A DNA stretch of 64,000 nucleotides from the NCBI RefSeq assembly GCF_964355755.1, contig NC_092675.1, forward strand, positions 1,607,812 to 1,671,811. The letters are read 5' to 3'. Below the pieces are notes generated by a model, which saw only the letters and a list, made by a program, of their open reading frames with translations, ran no database searches and was not told the origin of the DNA. Of the stretch, positions 25,901 through 57,973 are shown piece after piece. Every line of letters starts with the position of its first letter. Position 1 is the first letter of the stretch. The stretch comes from Antedon mediterranea (lineage: Eukaryota; Animalia; Echinodermata). Both the position numbers and the translations under genes were made by a program.

Positions 25901-26838
25901 CAATACCTGGGACCACGCTACATTGAGCTGTTCCTTAATTCTACAGATGATGGCGGTAGTGGCACAGGAGGAGCTAGCAAGGGAGGATTTGGTGGTGGAA
26001 ATGCTAGTGCAAGTTACAGTAAGTACAGATAAACAAAGTATACATATTAAAATGCTGGCTGCATAAAATCATTGCATTTGTTCCATATTTTCTTTTCTGT
26101 ACAGCTCTGTGTACACTATCAAACTTTATGTGACAAAAAAGTTTGTGGACACGATGATGTCATTATTACACATCACACATTTTTTGTCAAACTAGTTTGA
26201 TAGTGTAGACAGCTTAATATATAAAGATATTTTTCTTTTTTTGAAGGTCGAGACTTTACTAGTGATAATGGAGGAGGTAATGGCAATAGAGGATTCTCGG
26301 ATTCCTTTGGCACTGATAACAGTGGTGGCTATGGATCCAGTAACACCATGATGGATAACACACCGGCTGCAACTGGTTACACAAGTTACGAAACGGACAC
26401 CGGATTCCAAGGTCACTAGACGTTTCAAGTTCTGTCTACACTATCAAATTGTATGCGACAAAAAAATGTGATGTACCAATATATGGACATAATGATGTCA
26501 TATCACTACCATACTTGTGCATATCACTACCATACTTGTGCATATCACTACCATATTTGAGCCCATCACCATTTTTTTGTCAAATAAGTTTGATAGTGTA
26601 GACAGAGCTTGAAGGCTAAATTTCTTGAATAATTGTGTCAGTACAAGCATTGAGACTACTATCTATAAATTTTTGCACCCGTTATTTGTGTCTAGGCTTT
26701 TACAGAATCTTAATTAACTTGAATATTTGTTTTTTTACAGCCACTTCCAGTATAGGAGGTTCCAACAGTTTCTATGGCTCCAGTGGAGGAGGAAACATGG
26801 GATCTAATAACATGATGAACAGTAGCTATGGATTTTAA
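19927..26838 (+). CDS. HNRNPH1: hnRNP F/H family protein (three quasi-RRMs plus Gly/Tyr/Arg-rich regions; glorund-like)
   Basis: Exons 19927-20059, 20723-20878, 21616-21756, 22256-22394, 23895-24118, 25099-25203, 25317-25438, 25775-26018, 26247-26411, 26741-26838 (TAA). qRRM signatures [55 protein letters not shown]. The symbol denotes the family (co-ortholog of vertebrate F/H1/H2/H3). Confidence 0.93.
20140..20350 (+). mobile_element. L2-like LINE 3' end, decayed
   Basis: Decayed [11 protein letters not shown] motif followed by a 3' UTR that recurs inverted at 56441-56555. Confidence 0.55.
23585..23735. repeat. Dispersed repeat; inverted copy at about 62430-62595
   Basis: TACTGTATCTATA...CAGTGTCACA...CTTGTATCATAGGCCATAAACCTAT matches the reverse complement of 62491-62593. 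Confidence 0.55.
24700..25010 (-). mobile_element. CR1-like LINE 3' fragment, decayed
   Basis: The minus strand reads ...[27 protein letters not shown]..., resembling the CR1/L2 ORF2 end. Confidence 0.5.
25579..25714. mobile_element. MITE family A copy
   Basis: Both TIRs, flanks TTA/TAA. Confidence 0.8.
26103..26214. mobile_element. MITE family A copy (internally deleted)
   Basis: Both TIRs. Confidence 0.75.
26428..26609. mobile_element. MITE family A copy with three 21-bp subrepeats
   Basis: Both TIRs, flanks TCA/TGA. Confidence 0.8.
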
Positions 26839-28134
26839 ACACGCTGATAGATCAAGGGATAATGTGATGGTTAATCATTAGGGTGAAATATTTAACCTAC
26901 AAAGTATGGTCAAGTGTTTTAATTGTTCTTAAGGCTATGATGATTACTTTCTGCACTGATGATGGTATGCTATGTTTTGTGGGTAACGATTTCAGACTAA
27001 TTTAATTTCAGACTAATTTTATTGTAATTAAATATGATTTATGTCATGATAAGTACCAGCTTCTTCTGACATAACTTAATATTTTAGAACTGTGTTCCGT
27101 AATGTAGCATGCGTGTTGTAAATATATTACATAATAGGCAGTTGTTTTCAGTGTTTTAATTTCACATGTAGAGTCTTATGTTAAAAAATCAAGCTAAATT
27201 TAGTTACAAAACTAGTTTGTAAGGCTGAGTATAAACATAGTCAGATGTTTAAAAAATCACACATTGAAGTTTTTTTATATATTAAATGAAGGACACCATT
27301 TAACCTTTTGTCTATGTGGCATCATTGTTGTTCAATATAGCCAGAAAATAGTGAAAAGTATGTGAGTATTTTGATTGACTTTGTAAATGGTAATAATGAA
27401 ACATATCAACTGATACCTTTGGCAGACAACACTACTGTATAATGAACGAAAATAATGATAAACTTTGCACTACAGTTAGCAGGCATCTTTGGGAGCGTCC
27501 ATATACACATGTGCGTGGATAAGCTACTGTAGTAAGCATCACTGCAACTGGATATCATATTGTGAGCAGCTGTGGCTGAAACAATATCTAATTCGTGGAT
27601 ACGATAAGAAGAAGAGCAAGCATTTTGATTTTTTTAAAATCAAGACTAGATTCAAGCTCTGATAAGACGTATGTGCCAAAATTGTTTCCATTTTTACAAA
27701 TAAAACAGATTGGTTTTGCTTATAAAAATGATACAATATCCACATTGCAATGAGTGTCATAATTATGATGCCACATCATAGACCTCTACTGCCAAAGATT
27801 GTCTCCATTCTGAATTTATTTTTACTGTAGTTGCATTGCAAAATTAAATTACACATAAAAAATTCTCTAGAATGATGAAATATATATTTTCACATTCTAG
27901 TTTTCTATTTGTAATTTGTTGACTAATACATAAAATAAAAATATCTAATCCAGATTTATGTTAAAGTGCATCAGATAATGAAAGTTGAAAATCAACTTTC
28001 TGATATAAAAAGTTCATTTCATAAAACGCCCTCTATTTAACTGAAATGTCAATTACTTCTGTGGAAGTGCAGCTTGTCAGACGCGTTTGTATTCAATAAC
28101 TGTCAACAGAAAGAAAGTTGTATGTTGCAGCAGT

Positions 28135-48571
<20,437 letters not shown>

Positions 48572-48807
48572 TAGATATAGTAGGACTATAGGAAGATTCC
48601 AACCTAGATACCACAATCTTAAGCTGTTGCCACAACAAATGAATGCAACATGGTTTTAAAAAAAAACATCCGAAACGATAAGTGTAAATAAAGTTTTGAC
48701 TTTCCTGCAAAACTATCACAATATTTAAAATATATTTAAATGAATCTGTTCAATTATTACCTGGATGATTTCATAATATTTGTGGAAAAAAACACACATT
48801 CGAAGGC

Positions 48808-49240
48808 TAAGTGGTCTATATCATTACGTTCACTAACCGTCGTCGCTCTCACATTTCACCTGTTCTTCGAGAACTTCACTGGCTCCTCCCCATTGACAAT
48901 CGAATCAAATTTAAAATCTTGCTCCTTATTTTTAAAGCACTTCTTTTCAACCAACCTGCTTACATCCGTCAATTAATCACCTTTTATGTTCCTGGACGGA
49001 CTCTTAGATCATCTGATGATTTTTTACTCTCTGTTCCACGCATAGTCACTAAAACCTTTGGTCATAGATCGTTTTCTTTTGCAGCACCCACACTCTGGAA
49101 TTCACTCCCCCCACAAATTAAACACTGCTCTTCTGTTGCCTTATTTAAAAAATTGCTCAGAACTCATTTTTTCGACCACTAACATGCCCAGCCCCTTTGA
49201 TTTTGTACCTCGGTCTTTGAATTGACGCTTTATAAATATT
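48808..49240 (+). mobile_element. L2/CR1-clade LINE 3' fragment (end of ORF2)
   Basis: Peptide RRSHISPVLRELHWLLPIDNRIKFKILLLIFKAL...RSFSFAAPTLWNSLP...FKKLLRTHFF, the typical post-RT C-terminus of L2/CR1 ORF2. Confidence 0.85.
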
Positions 49241-50400
49241 GATATCTATATATAAATTTACGTAAGGGCAAAATTCGGTAAATCGCGCCTTACTTTTAGA
49301 ATTTTTACTCGATGGTATGTAAAGTTGGTTCGTACTTTCGGTACTGATTTTAACCACCTGATGTAACCCTGTTTACTAATTAAATTAAGTTAGATAATTA
49401 GTTATTGACGATTAAAACGAATTTAGGTTCAACGATTTGCCCCAGATAGGGGTGTTTTCCGATCGTGGTATACACTGTCTAATGGATGTCCATCTTGAAA
49501 AATACCCGCCACAAAAATGCGAGGAGGCTTCGCATTTTCCTATCTCCTCCTACGATAATTGTTTTTAATAGCTGAAAACCGGTTGAACAGCTCGAGTACA
49601 GTATCATAATGTTGAAGACAGGCCGATTTTCTTAAAAAAATACTATTTTGATAGATTTAATATACGTTTATACAAATGTATTGATTTGCGATGAATGGAA
49701 CATTCCAATCTCTGTGTCGTTCCACAAGTGTCTATTCCCTCAGGCGTCGTAAAGGAAAGTACTGTATACTCATAACAGAAATTCGATCCATTTTTTTTTT
49801 CAATCTGTGCTGCAGAGGTTGGATATAATTTTTTTAAACAGATAATGAGCTAGCGTTTTCAGTCGCCGTAATTTAATATTTATTACCGATTAAATCGAAT
49901 TTATGATTTGCCCCGAATAGAGGTGGTTTTCACAAATTGTTTAACATTATATATAAACATACGTCGTAGTGTATCGTTACATATACTGTACTATTTCAAT
50001 CGACTACGACGGTGATAGTTTCAACAAAGTATTACATCGCAATGTTTTACTGTGTTTAGTGGTATATTATTTGTAAAACATGTTAATTAATATTTCGTTA
50101 CAAAATAAAGAATATATTTAAAAATTGTTCCTCTTTGCACCCATCCTCTTCCCCATCTCTCAACCATAATGTTACATACAAAACACAAATTAAGTTTGTT
50201 TAAATTTGACTTAAACAATTGGTCTCATTTTGTGACAACTTTCTCTTTCGGAAGTAATTCCCAGTGTGCTAATTTTAGTTGAGTACATAAATCACAGTGT
50301 CTATTTAATCGTTCCTGTAAACGACATATAATATTGTCCTGCATTATTGTACTGAAATCGCCAGTTTTTTAACGCTGAAATTACTGTGTATTCGAGAACC

Positions 50401-50710
50401 ATCTGTGGGCACGACTCCTAGATGATGCCAACGTTGTATCAACGTCGGATATCAACGTTACATTGACGTCCAATTACGACGTCGATACAATGTTGAATTG
50501 TAGTTGGATTTGAAAGGTGAATCAACGTCATCTGTTTGACGTTGTGTCAACGTCGGAAATCAACGTTACATTGACGTCCAATTATATCAACGTTGAACTA
50601 ATCACGTTGTATCAACGGGGGTAGATCGACGTTGGTCCGACGTTGATGTCAGGTTGTCCGACGTCGCGACCTAATTTCAACGTTGATTCAACGTCGGTAT
50701 GCCCGCTGGG
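50401..50710. mobile_element. CpG-rich DNA-transposon-like element made of CAACGT/ACGTTG subrepeats
   Basis: Right end TGCCCGCTGGG and decayed left end TCTGTGGGCA; internal duplication of about 110 bp (TCAACGTCGGA.ATCAACGTTACATTGACGTCCAATTA). Confidence 0.55.
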
Positions 50711-50714
50711 AGTG

Positions 50715-50761
50715 TGGTCTATAAAAATAGGGTTTCACTCTGGCAACCTTCAAAAACCAAG
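50715..50761 (+). promoter_or_regulatory. RBM22 core promoter / 5' UTR
   Basis: TATAAAAA at 50720-50727, about 40 bp before the ATG, which sits in a CAAGATGGCG context (YY1-like). Confidence 0.45.
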
Positions 50762-53700
50762 ATGGCGACAAGCAAGGGTGCAAATACTTACAATCGACAA
50801 GGTTGGGAAGATGCAGTAAGTACATATTCTCTTCTTATACTACCACAATTTTGTTATTAATATTTACAATACATATATAAGGTCCACATTTAATGGTACT
50901 ATTTAATTTTTTGACGTTAGAATTGATATTATTTGACGTTATTTGAAGGCCCACTTCGCTGACTCTCAGTCGGTGGTGGCACCAAGCCAAAGATGCTATT
51001 GTGTCGCTTGTGTTGCACGCCGGTTGCATACATCAATACGCAAGTGTATCGGCCTACAACATAATTGTTATATTTTGTCTAATATTTATGTTTCATTCTT
51101 GATTAACCTAATTAAATACTGTATAACCAAAAGTTTGTGGAAATACTAAAAATGATTTTATATATTTATTTCGCGAAAAATGTTAATTATTTAACATTTT
51201 TGCCAACCATTCATTGACATATTGCTGCTAATAAATACAGTTTTAGGCTAGACAGGGATTTTAGGTTTCGAGGACAGGTCCTATGTATGGTACCGTATCC
51301 CTAGCCACACAGCGATAAAATTATACTTTTTTAGTTTTAGACTGTTTTAGTGTAAAATATAGATCAAACATTATTATGATTTATTTCATCCTACTACATT
51401 GCTTGCATTGCACAAAAAAATAAATATGATAAAATGATGTTTAAAATGTCAAAAAGATAATGTTATGTATGACAATGCAATGTATAATTTTTCTTAAATT
51501 ATCAAGGAGTGAAGTGTTACTTCATATTGGTGGTACTGTATATTACTGTATATTTATTAAATTTATAAAACATTATATTTTTGTAGGATTTCCCGATTCT
51601 TTGTCAGACTTGTCTTGGGGATAATCCGTATGTCAGAATGGTAAGTATTAGGTTGTTTACGGTAACCTATTAACCAGTCAACAGTTTATTTAAATCCCTT
51701 TTTATTCAGCACTACCCCCTAAGCAAGAAGCTGACTGTAGAATCTTGCCACATAATCAATTTTCATCCAGACATAATATGTAAAACATGTTTGTTTGATG
51801 ACACATCAATGATGAATTTTATTATTTTTTTTTTTCAGATTAAAGAGAAATTTGGAAAAGAATGTAAAATTTGTGAGCGGCCTTTCACTATATTTCGTTG
51901 GTGTCCTGGTGCCAGAATGAGGTTTAAGAAAACAGAGGTTTGCCAAACATGCAGTAAGATTAAAAATGTCTGCCAAACATGTCTCTTAGATTTAGAATAT
52001 GGTAAGCAGTTTTTAAAAACATTCACTTTTACTAAACTTGGTGGTTAACACGCTTAAATAATCCTGAGTATGGCTCAATACAATCTTATAATCCCAGGGT
52101 TTTAAGTATGGCAGTATCACAATATGTAAATTTGTGATTGGTCAGATGACATCATTTGTACCTTATATTAAGTACATTGAGAATACAAATTCGCAAATAA
52201 TTCTCGGATGGGACTCAAACCCATGACCTCCAGATCACTAGCATGGCATTCATAGCTCTAGATCAATGATGGCTAGGGGTTAGAGACACCCTGATGCAAA
52301 ACTACTCCACCGTAGTTACAAACAATTACAATCTTGTTTATTGTTATTGATGAACATATTTAAAATAACTAACTATATTCTATAATATTTGTGTGAAGGT
52401 TTACCAATTCAGGTGCGTGATGCAGCGTTAAATATTAAGGATGATATGCCTAAGTCAGACGTCAACAAAGAATTCTACACACAAAACATGGAAAAACAAG
52501 TAAGGACAATTGTTTACACATCAGACAAATAATAGCAATACAGTAGATCAATTGGTGGTTATCCTTTGTTTTGATTTAGTTCAATACCATACATCAATAA
52601 CAAGCAAAGATAAAAGCAGACAAAAAAATCATTTTTTTAGTACCACGGATAGCCTTCCAAATGCCCCAAAATAATTACGAATTCCTGAGGTCCTGGGTTC
52701 ATATCCTATCTCTGTCAAAGTACCAGACTTTTCTCTTATGATGAAAAGTAATTCCACAAAACTGTCATTCTGTAATTTCTGTCAGATGAGGCAGTACTTT
52801 ACCACTATCATTTTTGTATTGTTCTATTTATAGCTTGCCAATTCAGAAGGAGCTGGTGCACTGGGTAAAGCACAAGCACCTAGTGATCTGTTACTCAAGT
52901 TAGCAAGAACAACACCATACTACAAGCGGAATAGGCCACATATTTGTTCATTTTGGGTCAAAGGAGAATGCAAGCGTGGTGAAGAGTGTCCATACAGGTG
53001 AGGACTTTCTTCTGTCAATAATACTACTGGAATAATGGCTATGAGTGCTCACTGGCTAAACTGTGGTCAGTTATGGTCCAAATATCGTAGTGATATTCCC
53101 AAATATGGTAGTGATATGACATCATTATGTCCATATATGGGCACATCACATTTGTTTGTCACATTGTGCTCACTGGCTAAACTGTGGGCAGTTCCTAGAG
53201 GCATTAAATTATGCTAAAAATGGCCGATGCCTCCAGCATTGCCAGGCCACTTAGGGTTCCTAAACCAGGGGCCTCAGGCCTCTGCGTTACGCCACTGAAT
53301 ACTACTAGTCGGTATACTTTAGACTAACACTAGGATTATGGGGTGACTTAACCCATTTTGTGCAATACCATGAAGCATTATCTGTAGTGAGTGTTTAAGC
53401 CATACTTTTAATGTCAACAACTACACAGCATCCTAGAGCTAGCGCCAAACTTTGTTGGATGAGAATACCAAATATGAAAACCCATGATGATGATTAATAT
53501 GAAATACTTCATACATTTGCCAACCACGGATACTTTGTTCTTTTTATTGAATGCCAGTAACATTTTGCAGCTTTACATTAAACTTGAATGCTTGCAGGGT
53601 TAGCATCAAGCGTTTAAATGACAATTTAATTACTCTGTATATAACTAAAGTTCTGCCTACACAAAAAAAGTGTGATGTGTCAAATATGGTAGTCATATGC

Positions 53701-56261
53701 CAAAATATGGTAGTGATATGCCCAATTATGGTAGTGATATGACATCATGTCCATATATGGGCATATCACTTTTTTTTTTTGTCACATAAAGTTTGATAGT
53801 GCAGACAGAGCTTTAGTCTGTATTGTGTTTCGTCATATACTATAGTGTCTTTTTACTGCATTTTAATTTACTACATTTTAAAATTATCTAAATTCCTTTC
53901 AAGACATGACAAGCCAACAGACCCTGATGATCCACTTGCGGATCAAAACATCAAAGATCGTTTCTATGGAAATAACGACCCTGTAGCAGATAAGCTTCTC
54001 AAGAGGGCGTCCCAGATGCCCAAGCTAGACGTGCCTGAAGATCGTCTTGTTACAACACTTTACATCGGAGGCCTTGGCGATAAAGTAACAGAGAAAGATT
54101 TAAGGTTAGTATTTTTGTTGTGTAGTGGATTCATTATGGATAATTTTTGTGTCTTTAAAAAAGATGTGCTAATGTCTCAAATAATTAATATAATAATGTT
54201 AAAATTAAATAATATATGCAGTATGATATTTACTGTAAACTTGGTGTGCTGATAAAATTCTTTCAATGTCGTCTCCATAGTAATTTTTGACTGAAGGATG
54301 CCTGATTGGTAGCTCTGATAGTTTATCCAGCCCAAACAAAACAAACTTTTTAATATAACCTATTAAATGTTGCTACATTTTTTATGAATAATTTAAATGC
54401 TTTATCTTTTCGAGATAGACTATATATTTCACCTGCAATTATCGCTGCAGGCCATTCAAGAAACAAATTTTGTTTTCAATAGTGCACTAGCCAAAATCCT
54501 AATTGCTTTTTATTTTGTTGTTGTAGTTTTCTTTGTTTACCTCACTCGTTAATGCTTCTACTAATTATTTACATCAATATAATTCTCATTCCTGTATATG
54601 TAGAGATCATTTTTATCAATTTGGAGAAATTCGCAACATCAACGTAGTCCAGAAACAACAATGTGCGTTTGTACAGTTCACCGCACGCAATTCAGCAGAG
54701 TTGGCAGCAGATCGGTCGTTTCAGAAACTGATCATTAAAGGTCGTCGTTTGAACATCAAATGGGGCAAGTCCCAAGCCCAGCAAGCCATTGGTGGTAAAA
54801 AGGATGACACTGAAAACGAAGTGCACTACGAGGCTGTGCCAGGGTTACCTGGAGGTGAGTTTCTTTTTACAATTTGATTATGCAAATTGTAAGTTAATTT
54901 TGGCTAGGCTTGCTATGAGTATTAGTCCTATATTGCATACAATATACATATATAATGTATTTTAAAATTAATTAAAAAATCAGACTTTAAATAGGCCATT
55001 TTGCAGTTTTAAATAGGTTATTTACTTATGTAAAAAAAAAAATTATTTCTTTATAAAAAGACAAAAGCTTTAAATTACATTTTTTTCAGGAGAATAATTT
55101 TTTTTTAATCCAGTTTTTGGTCAAGTTAGGTGACATTTAAATGGCATATTAAAAAAAATGTTTAGGGGAACAATATATCTTAAGTAATTGAATTCTGTTG
55201 TGTACCATGTATTGTGTACAATGAATTGAAAATGCTCTAGTTTGTATAATAATTCTAAATGTTTAGGTCAAATAGTAGATAAAATTGAAACAACATGAAA
55301 TCAAACCATACTGTATATTTAAATGATTACATCCTTTCATAAACTATAAATTTTAATCATTATTTGGTCAAGGGATGACATAGAGACTCAAATAAGTCCG
55401 TCACTGTCCCCCCCCCCCCCTCCTCATGGCACATAATTATATAACACATTTAAACATCAAAACAATTTTACAATCAATTACAAAAAAAATCACAACATGG
55501 CTTATAATTTATTACTGATACTTTACTGTAGCTTTGCCTCCACCACCAATATCTGCTGAAGAAACAAACAACTTTTTCAACCTCAATCAACCGCCACCCA
55601 TGCTTCCTCCAGTACCTTCACATAGACCCCCAGGTATGCCACCACCTGGAATGCCACAAAGAGGTAAGTTTTAACATTATAAAACACATCTACCATACAT
55701 ATGTAATTGTAGAATAATAGCCTGTGATGCGCAGACTATTGGGCTGAATTTTCCCTTTATATCATACAGCTTCTGCCAAACTTGTCTGTTCAAAATGACA
55801 GAGGCCAAGATGGACCAGAACACTGGTAAAACACTCTCCCCTCTCTTATTCTTTCGAAAGTTGTACTGTACTGCCCATGAGCCAGTTGTGTCCAGTTTTA
55901 AGTCGTACCTGAGAACAGTACAATGGTCGATTAGAGCTTTGACTGTGTGCTGATTTCAGGATTATTATGATTAATTAATTAATAGGCCTACATTAATTTA
56001 AATAATTTTGTATTTTGTCTACTAGGATATCCAGGTATGCCACCTCCACCAATGCATCATGACATGGCCTACCATGGGCCACCAATGAGAGGCCCACCAC
56101 CATTCCATCATGGCGGACATCAAAGGCATCAACAAATGCGAGGGCAACCTCCACCACCCCCTCCTGGAGTCGGACTACCTCCCCCACCCCGTCAAGGTGT
56201 CCACTATCCGTCACAGGATCCACAGCGAATGGGGGCTGTAGCCAGCAGTGGAGAGAAATAA
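50762..56261 (+). CDS. RBM22: Pre-mRNA splicing factor RBM22 (Cwc2/Slt11)
   Basis: Exons 50762-50815, 51587-51640, 51839-52001, 52399-52499, 52834-52997, 53904-54104, 54604-54854, 55532-55663, 56026-56261 (TAA). [30 protein letters not shown]-terminus, CCCH finger ([19 protein letters not shown]), RRM, Pro-rich tail ending [12 protein letters not shown]. Confidence 0.96.
53649..53812. mobile_element. MITE family A copy
   Basis: TIRs, three subrepeats, flanks TAA/TTA. Confidence 0.75.
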
Positions 56262-56424
56262 CTTTTTTTATAAATTGTCTTTTATACTGAGGTATCTCGT
56301 ACATTGGACTGTTGCAGCCATAATAACTTATGTGACAAGACATTTTGAATGGTAGAATCATGCATTGTATTAAACCTTAGTTTACACTGTAACTAGCAAC
56401 CGTATTTTGTGATGAATTCTATAA

Positions 56425-56650
56425 AGCTCTGTCTACACTAATAATAATAAGGACATTTTATATTGCCCGGTTTCCATCACAAATAAGATGCTCATGGTAC
56501 AAAACAATGCAATGAATGAAATCATGTAGTAAAAGTCTGAGCTGATGATAAATAAACTATCAAAATTTGTGATATATATTTGACATCACCATGCCCATAT
56601 GGGCACATCACATTTTTTTTCACATGAAGTTTGAAAGTGTAGACAGAGCT
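56425..56650. mobile_element. MITE family A copy interrupted by a LINE 3' tail
   Basis: TIRs, TAA/TAA flanks; 56441-56555 is the reverse complement of about 20244-20350. Confidence 0.75.
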
Positions 56651-57689
56651 TAAGGTCCACAAAGGCGAAGAGAGCATTCATTCCTAAACTTTTCCTCCAT
56701 TTTAAGGAAAACATGTTTGATTAAAATGTTTTGGAAAATGAGCGTTTGGAACAGTTGCTACGTGTATTTTGATCCTGAACTACTGCCTTCCGAACAGTTA
56801 TTTGCTGAATTTCTGATCAAATAACATTTCAGCATTTGCCTCCTAAAGTTGATTTCCAAGCAGGTTTTGCCAAAACAACAAAAAGGGTTTCTGCTGTTGA
56901 AATGTTATTATATACTGGTAAAATGATGATCGAAAAAACTTTTTTTCAACTGTAAAATAATTCGAATTTGACCTGTGACCTTTGTAATACTATGTCACAA
57001 TATTAAATAAATAAAATTGCTGAATGTAAAGTTCACTACCTTGAAATTCAATATTATGATTTTTGTTTTTATTGTGAAAATATTCACGGTATAGTTTGGA
57101 TAATGAACTATTTAATAAGGTTACACTTTGGCATCTTTTAATAAATGTCATATAGGCCTTGCATTTCATATTGCGTAAGCTAGCCTAGAGGAAAAGGTAT
57201 GATGTAATTAGGAAAATAATTTTTAATAATACTGTGTACTATTAAACTTTACATTTAAATGTGTATATTTTGTTGTGACTTTCATTACTTGGGGTAAAAT
57301 TTAATCTTTGTGCTAATTTGTTAGTTTCCCCACGGACCTCTAATTTATTGGTCCATGGTTTTCCTTAATAGATGATTTGTATTCTGTAGTAACACTGTAT
57401 GGTGTATAAACTACACATGTTTATGTCAATTTTTAAAAACATGTTTGTACATGAAAACAGTTTGTCGTGTATAAATGATTAAGCCGCTCCACATTTGTAT
57501 GTTATTATGATACCAAATGCTGTTGTTTATATATTTCATAAATAAATAATTACAAAAGATACGTATAGTCAAAATAATTAGAGTCTATGAACTCTTGAAA
57601 ACCCTAGAATTATAAAATGTAAAGAATTTACAATACAATACGCCCCCAATATAAATTAGTAAACGCGGAAAAAGTTTTCTTGCGGTATA

Positions 57690-57973
57690 CTGTATAGAGG
57701 GCGCAATCATAAATTTAGAGCTTTGTTATTGGAGGTTAGGTTCTTGCGTCGTGCTCAGTGAAGCATGTCTAATAAAAACCAGTCAAAAGGCTTCTGCACC
57801 GTGTGGGTAAACAGCGTGTGGGCTTAGCAGATGCTTAGAACTGAGTTTCGTTTTTGGATTTGAATACTCACTATGTAAACTACTTCGAATTGCGTGGAAT
57901 GTTTTTATTGGTATATTTCAAGATAATATTTGTTATGCATTGGAAACAAGGAGATTTCCTGTAATATTGGTAG
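57690..57973 (+). promoter_or_regulatory. Candidate promoter and 5' non-coding exon of the sixth gene
   Basis: Locally CpG-retaining segment with an AGAGGGCGC motif (57696-57704) and donor-like GTAGGT/GTAATA at 57970-57979. Lies downstream of the RBM22 3' UTR and upstream of the 61048 acceptor. Confidence 0.4.

Noticed and set aside
48811-49182. 123-aa ORF as a host gene
   Set aside because: It is the C-terminal end of a LINE ORF2, 5'-truncated, with a non-ATG start.
55993-56361. Minus-strand ORFs overlapping GC-rich exons (also 23920-24267, 26192-26428)
   Set aside because: Antisense shadows of Pro- or Gly-rich coding exons.
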